From Polaromonas sp. (GTDB taxonomy: Bacteria > Pseudomonadota > Gammaproteobacteria > Burkholderiales > Burkholderiaceae_C): 32,000 bases of DNA. This document shows, piece after piece, positions 26,166 to 32,000 of the stretch (the first letter of the stretch is position 1; each line of letters opens with the position of its first letter). The notes under the pieces were generated by a model. That model was not told the DNA's origin. It was given only the letters and a program-made list of their open reading frames with translations, and did not search any database. Made by a program: the position numbers and the translations under genes. The DNA lies in the NCBI RefSeq assembly GCF_029945895.1, contig NZ_JAQSDL010000029.1, positions 28,260-60,259 on the forward strand, written 5' to 3'.

Positions 26166-28331
26166 ATGAAAATTTGGATGAACATGGCGGGTAACGCGCG
26201 TCAAGAAAAAACCGCCAACCGACCTGCAATGGCCCTGACATTGGCGGTGGTTTCGCTGCTGGTGATGGCCGCGCCGCCCGTCATGGCCGAGGAGGCCAAG
26301 GGCTCGAAGGCGCACATTGCGGCCGTGACCAGGAAAGTCGACGGCGCCTTCATCCGTGCCAATGAGGCGCGAACGAACGACTGGCCCAGCCACGGCCTGG
26401 ACTATGCCGAGACCCGCTTCAGCAAGCTCCAGCAGATCCATACCGCCAACGTCAAGGATCTCGGCTTGGTCTGGTCCTACAACCTCGAGTCGACGCGCGG
26501 CGTCGAGGCCACGCCGCTGGTGGTGGACGGCGTCATGTATGTCAGCGCCTCCTGGAGCATCGTCCATGCCATTGACGTGCGCAGCGGCAAGAAGATCTGG
26601 ACCTTCGATCCCAAGGTGCCGCGCGAGGCCGCTTACAAGGGCTGCTGTGACGTGGTCAACCGCGGCGTGGCGCTGTATCAGGGCAAGGTCTTCGTCGCCT
26701 CCTACGACGGCCGGCTGATCGCGCTCGATGCGGCCACCGGCAACAAGGTCTGGGAAAAAGACACCATCATCGACCGCAAGTTCAGCTACACGATCACCGG
26801 GGCGCCACGCGTGTTCAAGGGCAAGGTGATCATCGGCAACGGCGGCGCCGAGTACGGCGTGCGCGGCTACATCACGGCCTATGATGCCGCCACCGGCGAC
26901 CAGAAATGGCGCTGGTTCACGGTACCCGGCGACCCGAGCAAACCGTTCGAGGACGAGTCCATGGCCAAGGCCGCCAAGACCTGGGACCCCGCGGGCAAGT
27001 ACTGGGAAGCCGGCGGTGGTGGCACCGCCTGGGACACGCTGACCTTCGATCCCAAACTGAACCTGATGTACGTGGGCGTCGGCAACGGTTCACCCTGGGC
27101 GGCAGCCAAGCGCAGCCCCGCGGGCGGCGATAACCTGTACCTGGGGTCCATCGTCGCGCTCAACCCCGACACCGGCAAGTACGTCTGGCACTACCAGGAA
27201 ACACCCGGCGACAACTGGGACTACACCTCGACCCAGCCGATGATCCTGGCCGACCTGAAGATAGCGGGCAAGCCACGCAAGGTGATCCTGCATGCGCCGA
27301 AGAACGGTTTCTTCTTCGTGATCGACCGCACCAACGGCAAGTTCATCTCGGCGAAGAACTTCGTCGACGTGAACTGGGCCAGCGGCTACGACGCGACGGG
27401 TCGCCCCATCGAGACTGCCGATGCGCGTCCCACGGATCGACCGTACGATGCCATTCCAGGCCCCTACGGCGCGCACAACTGGCACTCCATGTCGTTCAAT
27501 CCACGGACCGGGCTGGTCTACTTGCCTGCGCAAAACATACCCGTCAACATGATGGATGACAAGAACTGGAGCTTCAACTCCAACAAGCCAGGTCAGCCAG
27601 GCTCCGGTACCGGTTGGAATACCGGCAATTACATCAATGCAGTCCCACCAAAAAGCAAGCCGTTTGGCCGACTGATTGCCTGGGATCCGGTACAGCAAAA
27701 AGAAGCATGGCGCCAGGAACAGGTCTCACCGTGGAATGGTGGCACGCTGACCACGGCCGGTAACCTCGTGTTTCAGGGCACGGCGGACGGGCGTTTCATC
27801 GCCTACAACGCCCAAAATGGCGAGAAACTCTGGGAGTCGCCCACGGGGACCGGCGTGGTGGCTGCGCCTATCACCTATCTGGTGGATGGCAAGCAGTACG
27901 TGTCGATTGCCGTGGGATGGGGCGGCAGTTACGGTCAGGATAAGCGGGCCACCGAGCGGCAAGGTCCGGGCACGGTCTACACCTTTGCCGTTGGCGGCAA
28001 AGCGCCCATGCCGGACTTCGTCGCTTACCGGATGGGCGAACTGGTGGCAGGGGTGAAATACGACCCGGCTCACTACGAGGCCGGCACCTTGCTGTATGTC
28101 AGCAATTGCGTTCTCTGCCATGGTGTTCCCGGCGTGGACCGTGGCGGCAACATCCCCAACCTCGGTTACATGAACGCGGCCTTCATCGAAAACCTCGACA
28201 AGTTCATCTTCAAAGGTCCCGCCATGAGCCGGGGCATGCCTGACTTCACGGGCAAGCTGAGCGTGGACGATGTGGAGAAGATCAAGGCCTTCATCCAGGG
28301 AACGGCAGACGCGATACGTCCCAAGAAATGA
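26166..28331 (+). CDS. Quinohemoprotein PQQ-dependent alcohol dehydrogenase (type II ADH with C-terminal cytochrome c)
   Basis: AAGGAG RBS 5 nt before ATG 26166. Signal peptide, vicinal disulfide GCCDVVNRG, propeller W-motifs, WDYT active-site segment, heme motif CVLCH (28107-28121). Starts at most 23 nt after the preceding stop. Confidence 0.9.
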   Translation: MKIWMNMAGNARQEKTANRPAMALTLAVVSLLVMAAPPVMAEEAKGSKAHIAAVTRKVDGAFIRANEARTNDWPSHGLDYAETRFSKLQQIHTANVKDLGLVWSYNLESTRGVEATPLVVDGVMYVSASWSIVHAIDVRSGKKIWTFDPKVPREAAYKGCCDVVNRGVALYQGKVFVASYDGRLIALDAATGNKVWEKDTIIDRKFSYTITGAPRVFKGKVIIGNGGAEYGVRGYITAYDAATGDQKWRWFTVPGDPSKPFEDESMAKAAKTWDPAGKYWEAGGGGTAWDTLTFDPKLNLMYVGVGNGSPWAAAKRSPAGGDNLYLGSIVALNPDTGKYVWHYQETPGDNWDYTSTQPMILADLKIAGKPRKVILHAPKNGFFFVIDRTNGKFISAKNFVDVNWASGYDATGRPIETADARPTDRPYDAIPGPYGAHNWHSMSFNPRTGLVYLPAQNIPVNMMDDKNWSFNSNKPGQPGSGTGWNTGNYINAVPPKSKPFGRLIAWDPVQQKEAWRQEQVSPWNGGTLTTAGNLVFQGTADGRFIAYNAQNGEKLWESPTGTGVVAAPITYLVDGKQYVSIAVGWGGSYGQDKRATERQGPGTVYTFAVGGKAPMPDFVAYRMGELVAGVKYDPAHYEAGTLLYVSNCVLCHGVPGVDRGGNIPNLGYMNAAFIENLDKFIFKGPAMSRGMPDFTGKLSVDDVEKIKAFIQGTADAIRPKK

Positions 28332-28477
28332 CCGATATATGACCGATGGCGCGAAGGAGTGCGCCGGGGAGTTGTGCGCGGCTGCCTGCCGTGCAGCCGG
28401 CGACGGGCCGACGGTTCTTGCAGGGCTTCGCGCCCGGTCGGCCAGATTCTATGGCTTACGGATATGAGGAAAAAACC

Positions 28478-28951
28478 ATGCAATCGAAAAAAGTTTCCGC
28501 TGTCTGTATCGCGGTCCTGATGGGTGCGCTGGCGGGACCCGTCGCCTTGGCGACCGAGCACGCGCACGCCGCATCCAAGAGCGGCGCGGCGAAGGACATG
28601 AAGGTACTGCCGCCGCTGCGCATCGTGTCGCCGCTTGCCGGGGCGCAGGTCGGGCCCAACATTGAGGTCGAGTTCGAGACCGATGCGGAGCTGGCGAACA
28701 TGACGATGAGCGCCAAGTCCATTGGCGTTCATCTGCATGTCGGTATCGACGGTACGTCTCTGATGCCGATGATGGCGGACTTGGTCCGCGTGGGCAAGAA
28801 TCGTTACCGCTACGCCTTTGACCTGCCCGCAGCCCCTGGGCCGCGCGTCATTAGCGTGTACTGGTCCGATGCATCCCACAAGACCATCGAATTTTCGGTA
28901 CAGAAGGTGAGTGTGGTGGTCGTTTCGAATCAGGGTAAGGTCAAACCTTGA
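28478..28951 (+). CDS. Exported His/Met-rich protein (DUF4399-like; candidate periplasmic copper binder)
   Basis: Signal peptide ...PVALA|TEHAHAAS. LRIVSPLAGAQVGPNIEVEF...IGVHLHVGIDGTSLMPMM resembles the DUF4399 pattern from memory. Function unproven. Confidence 0.65.
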   Translation: MQSKKVSAVCIAVLMGALAGPVALATEHAHAASKSGAAKDMKVLPPLRIVSPLAGAQVGPNIEVEFETDAELANMTMSAKSIGVHLHVGIDGTSLMPMMADLVRVGKNRYRYAFDLPAAPGPRVISVYWSDASHKTIEFSVQKVSVVVVSNQGKVKP

Positions 28952-28998
28952 ACGTACAGTCAAGTCGTCCTTGATGCCAATGAATAGAAGTGCAAGCA

Positions 28999-29015
28999 GC
29001 TATTGAAGTAATAGC
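28999..29015. promoter_or_regulatory. Inverted repeat GCTATT-N5-AATAGC upstream of the DUF2147/copCD genes
   Basis: Read from the sequence, about 50 bp upstream of ATG 29068 in an AT-richer spacer. Confidence 0.15.
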
Positions 29016-29067
29016 ATCATCGGCCCATGAAGTCGTTGCTCGCCTACCCACAACGAAGGAAAGTCTC

Positions 29068-29523
29068 ATGACAATCGGAAAGACATTGAAACACGTACTC
29101 GCCATCGCCTCCTTTGCCTGGGCAGCCGGTCCTGCTTTTGCGCAGGACACGCCCGTCGGGCTCTGGAAGACGATTGACGACGACGGCAAGACGGTGAAAA
29201 CCTTGATTCGCATCAGCGAATCGGCTGGCGTGCTCAGTGGCGTGATCGAGAAACTCCTCGATCCCAAGGCGGCGACCGTCTGCACGAAATGCACCGACGA
29301 CCGCAAGGACAAGCCGGTGGTCGGGATGACGATTATTCGCGGCATCAAACACAATACCGCTGACGCTGCGCTGTGGGACGGCGGCGAGGTGCTCGATCCG
29401 GAGAATGGGTCGACCTACCGGCTGCGTCTGCGGCCCGCCGACGGGGGCAAGAAACTCGAGGTTCGAGGTTTCATCGGCGTGCCGATGATAGGGCGCTCGC
29501 AAACCTGGGTGCGCGCCGAGTGA
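29068..29523 (+). CDS. DUF2147 domain exported protein
   Basis: Signal peptide ...GPAFA|QDTPVGLWKTIDDDGK, CTKC pair, KDKPVVGM, W-GG-VLDPENGSTY, LEVRGF...GRSQTWVR. This is the typical DUF2147 layout. Confidence 0.8.
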   Translation: MTIGKTLKHVLAIASFAWAAGPAFAQDTPVGLWKTIDDDGKTVKTLIRISESAGVLSGVIEKLLDPKAATVCTKCTDDRKDKPVVGMTIIRGIKHNTADAALWDGGEVLDPENGSTYRLRLRPADGGKKLEVRGFIGVPMIGRSQTWVRAE

Positions 29524-29537
29524 ACGCCCGGCGCAAG

Positions 29538-29906
29538 ATGGTTTCGTGGCTCGTCGCGCTGCTGGCCATGGCCGCCACTGGCACGGCGCTGGCGCATGCC
29601 GCGCTGGTCAAGTCCGAACCGGCACGGCGGGCGACGCTGTCCAAACCGCCGCCGCAGGTCAGGCTGTGGTTCAACGAGCGGCTGGAGCCCGAGTACGCGA
29701 CGATCAGCGTGATCAGGGAAGGTGCCGGCCCGGTCACGACCCAGAAGGCCCGGGTTGACAAGGACGACCCCAAACTGCTGGCGCTGGAATTGCCCATGCT
29801 CAGCCCGGGTACCTATACCGTGAAATACCGGGTGCTCTCGGTCGATGGCCATACGGTCGATTACGGTTATACCTTCACCGTGAAGGCCGAGGGCGCCGGG
29901 AAGTAA
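29538..29906 (+). CDS. copC: CopC periplasmic copper-binding protein, Cu(II)-site-only type
   Basis: Signal peptide ...GTALA|HAALVKSEP (mature N-terminal His), D-x-H (SVDGHTV) near the C-terminus, no Met-rich Cu(I) loop. Confidence 0.88.
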   Translation: MVSWLVALLAMAATGTALAHAALVKSEPARRATLSKPPPQVRLWFNERLEPEYATISVIREGAGPVTTQKARVDKDDPKLLALELPMLSPGTYTVKYRVLSVDGHTVDYGYTFTVKAEGAGK

Positions 29907-32000
29907 ATGGAATTCCTCGGCACGGCGCTGCGCTGGCTGCAATTGACCAGCGGCCTGGTGCTGTTGGGCAGCTTTGCCCTGCTGCTGCTCGCGGGTCCTG
30001 GCCGAAGCCCGGATGCCGCGCGCTGGCGTGGCGCGGTCTTTGCCGCCGCGCCATGGCTGGTGGCACTGCTGCTGGCCACGGCGGCAGGTCTGTTGATGTT
30101 GCAGGCGGCTTCGGTCAGCGGCCGCGGCGAGGCGGCCTTTGAGTGGTCCGAATGGGTCAGGCTGCTGGAGCGAACGCGCTACGGCGCGGTCTGGCAGGTG
30201 CGGCAGGCGGCAGCGCTGGTTCTGCTGCTGTTGTTGCTGAGCCGAGGGCCTCTGAGCGCGCGGTTCGGCGAGCGCGTCGTCTGTGTGGCGCTGCTCACCC
30301 TGGCGCTGGGAATCAACGCGGCCTCGGTATTTACCGGGCACGGCGCTGCCACAGAACCGCTTTGGCTCGCAGGTGCCGGCCATGCGGTGCATTTGCTGGC
30401 GGCGGGCGCTTGGGCCGGAGGGTTGCCGGCGCTGGCCTACGGACTTCACCTGGCGGCAAGAGGCCGGGATCCGCCGTTCCGGCAGATGTTCCTCGGCGTG
30501 TTGCGCCGCTTCTCTGTGCTTGCGACGGTTTGCGTTGCTCTCATCGCTGCATCCGGCACCCTCATCGCGTACCTGCAGTTCGGCGCGCCGATCCGCTGGC
30601 CCGCACGGACAGACGACATCTTCGGCGGTCTGATGACGGTGCTCGAACGCAGCCTGGCCCCGCTGCTCAGTACATCGTTCGGTCTGCAGGTGTTGGCCAA
30701 AATGGTTCTGCTGGTGCCGGTGCTGCTTGTTGCAGCGCGGGTTCGCTGGGTCTGGATGCCGCGTATGGGCAAGGTGGCATTTGAGCAGGGTCTTGCGTGG
30801 CAAGGCGCGGCCGGTCTGGTCCGGGTGGAACTGGGCGTTGTGCTGCTGATCCTGCTCTTCGCAGCCGGTCTGACAGGTACGCTGCCCGCGGCCCATGCGC
30901 AGATGGTGTGGCCGCTGCCGTTTCGTCTGTCGCTCGCGGCCACCTGGGACAAACCGGGGGGGGTGAACACGGTCGTGGGTGCGTCGTTGCTGGCTATGGG
31001 CGGACTGGCTTGGCTGGTGCATGCCCTTGTGTCAGGGCCCCGCGCCGACGCGGCGCAGGGCGGGCGCCGGATCCGTTTGGGTGCTGCCGTGCTGATGACC
31101 CTCTCGGGGCTGGTCATCGTTCTATACGCGCTCTCGGTGGACGCCTATCCCGACACCTATCGGCGCACGGATGTCAGTTACAACGCGGTGTCGGTCACGC
31201 GCGGGGCGGCGCTGTATTCCCAGCACTGCGTGTCCTGTCACGGTCCGGGTGGCAAGGGGGACGGTCCGCTGGCCACCCGCTTGCCCACCAGGCCCGCCGA
31301 CCTCACCGAGCCGCATACCGCGTTGCACACGGCGGGCGATCTCTTTTGGTGGCTCACCCACGGCAAGCCGAACACCGCCATGCCCGGCTTTGCGCAGGAA
31401 ATGACCGAGGAGGAACGCTGGGACATGGTGAACTTCCTGCGCGCCTTCTCCGCCGGTTTTCAGGCCCGCATCCTGACACCGCAGGTGGTGCCCGGGCGGC
31501 CCTGGCTCGGTCCGCCCGATTTCGATTTTGTGACCCGGTCGGGACTGGCCGCGGCGCTCAAGGCGTACAGGGAGCGCAAGTCCGTGCTGCTGGTCTTCTA
31601 CTCGCAGCCCTTCTCGGCGCAACGCCTGGCCGAACTGGCGCGTGTCTATCCGCGCCTGAAATCCAGCGGCGCCGAGGTGATCGCCATTGCGTTGCCAGGC
31701 ACCCCGCCCTTGCAATCGCAGCCGTTCCCCGTTGTCACCGATGGGGCGCAGGAGGCGGCGACCGCCTACCTGCTGTTGCGGCGCACCTTGAGCGACCCCG
31801 GCAAGACCATCCTGGGGGAAGCTCCGTCTCACATGGAATTCCTGCTCGACCGGTTCGGCTATGTGCGAGCGCGCTGGCTGCCGCAGGACGAGGAGGGCGC
31901 CGGTGAAGGTTGGCGCGACACGCAGTTTCTGCTCGACCAAATCGAACGCATCCACCGCGAGCCGCGCATCCTGCCGCCGCCCGATGATCATGTGCATTGA
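29907..32000 (+). CDS. copD: CopD-family membrane protein fused to a cytochrome c domain and a Cys-less peroxiredoxin/thioredoxin-like domain
   Basis: ATG immediately follows the copC TAA. N-terminal multi-TM CopD region, CVSCH heme motif (31227-31241) with AMPGF Met ligand, C-terminal AhpC/TSA-like pattern KSVLLVFYSQPFSAQR...GAEVIAIAL with no Cys. Stop at 31998-32000. Confidence 0.85.
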   Translation: MEFLGTALRWLQLTSGLVLLGSFALLLLAGPGRSPDAARWRGAVFAAAPWLVALLLATAAGLLMLQAASVSGRGEAAFEWSEWVRLLERTRYGAVWQVRQAAALVLLLLLLSRGPLSARFGERVVCVALLTLALGINAASVFTGHGAATEPLWLAGAGHAVHLLAAGAWAGGLPALAYGLHLAARGRDPPFRQMFLGVLRRFSVLATVCVALIAASGTLIAYLQFGAPIRWPARTDDIFGGLMTVLERSLAPLLSTSFGLQVLAKMVLLVPVLLVAARVRWVWMPRMGKVAFEQGLAWQGAAGLVRVELGVVLLILLFAAGLTGTLPAAHAQMVWPLPFRLSLAATWDKPGGVNTVVGASLLAMGGLAWLVHALVSGPRADAAQGGRRIRLGAAVLMTLSGLVIVLYALSVDAYPDTYRRTDVSYNAVSVTRGAALYSQHCVSCHGPGGKGDGPLATRLPTRPADLTEPHTALHTAGDLFWWLTHGKPNTAMPGFAQEMTEEERWDMVNFLRAFSAGFQARILTPQVVPGRPWLGPPDFDFVTRSGLAAALKAYRERKSVLLVFYSQPFSAQRLAELARVYPRLKSSGAEVIAIALPGTPPLQSQPFPVVTDGAQEAATAYLLLRRTLSDPGKTILGEAPSHMEFLLDRFGYVRARWLPQDEEGAGEGWRDTQFLLDQIERIHREPRILPPPDDHVH

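Noticed and set aside
28380-28450. Possible terminator GGCCGAC...GTCGGCC after the ADH gene
   Set aside because: The stem is imperfect, the loop is ~20 nt and there is no U-tract. It is insufficient to claim termination between the ADH and the downstream exported-protein gene.
29415-31022. 535-aa ORF on the minus strand
   Set aside because: Antisense to copC/copD. It is a Q/R/H/P-rich nonsense-like sequence, and the sense strand has clear CopC and CopD features.
14800-32000. Mobile-element borders for the hydrocarbon island
   Set aside because: I found no transposase, integrase, tRNA attachment site or terminal inverted/direct repeats in the window. The horizontal-transfer idea rests only on the pmoCAB compositional dip.
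1-32000. CRISPR arrays, rRNA/tRNA genes, defence systems
   Set aside because: I saw no regularly spaced repeats, no structured RNA gene signatures, and no nuclease/helicase/methylase-type ORFs. The window is metabolic throughout.

Overview
High-GC (about 63-72% in sampled coding lines) proteobacterial chromosomal window, Burkholderiales-like by feel; taxonomy cannot be proven here. I call 28 intact CDS plus one gene fragment. I found no rRNA, tRNA, CRISPR array, transposase or integrase. Left part (1-14.8 kb): acyl-CoA metabolism. It holds the 3' end of a biotin carboxylase alpha subunit, an MBL hydrolase flanked by diverged copies of a carboxylase/crotonase junction, a crotonase, beta-carbonic anhydrase, a tandem acyl-CoA dehydrogenase pair, LysR, a CDGSH protein, an extradiol dioxygenase, an ACS-like synthetase, a nitroreductase, and a ligase with a Cys-less thiolase-like protein and a DUF35 partner. 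Right part (14.8-32 kb) is the highlight: a copper membrane monooxygenase (CuMMO) operon in pmoC-A-B order with the CuB, CuC and CuD ligand residues visibly intact. A fourth gene is translationally coupled to pmoB and encodes an exported, C-terminally anchored protein. A quinohemoprotein PQQ alcohol dehydrogenase follows, then exported putative copper proteins, CopC, and a CopD-cytochrome c-redoxin-like fusion. Divergent from pmoC lies an aldehyde dehydrogenase / GMC alcohol dehydrogenase / acyl-CoA ligase operon in alkH-alkJ-alkK order, with an AlkS-like LuxR/MalT regulator beyond it. Together these read as a self-contained hydrocarbon (probably short-chain alkane) to acyl-CoA island. A copper enzyme takes the place of AlkB, pmoCAB has lower GC than its flanks, and no C1-assimilation or hydroxylamine-oxidation genes are present. 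Substrate, regulation and the role of the fourth gene are inferences that need experiments.
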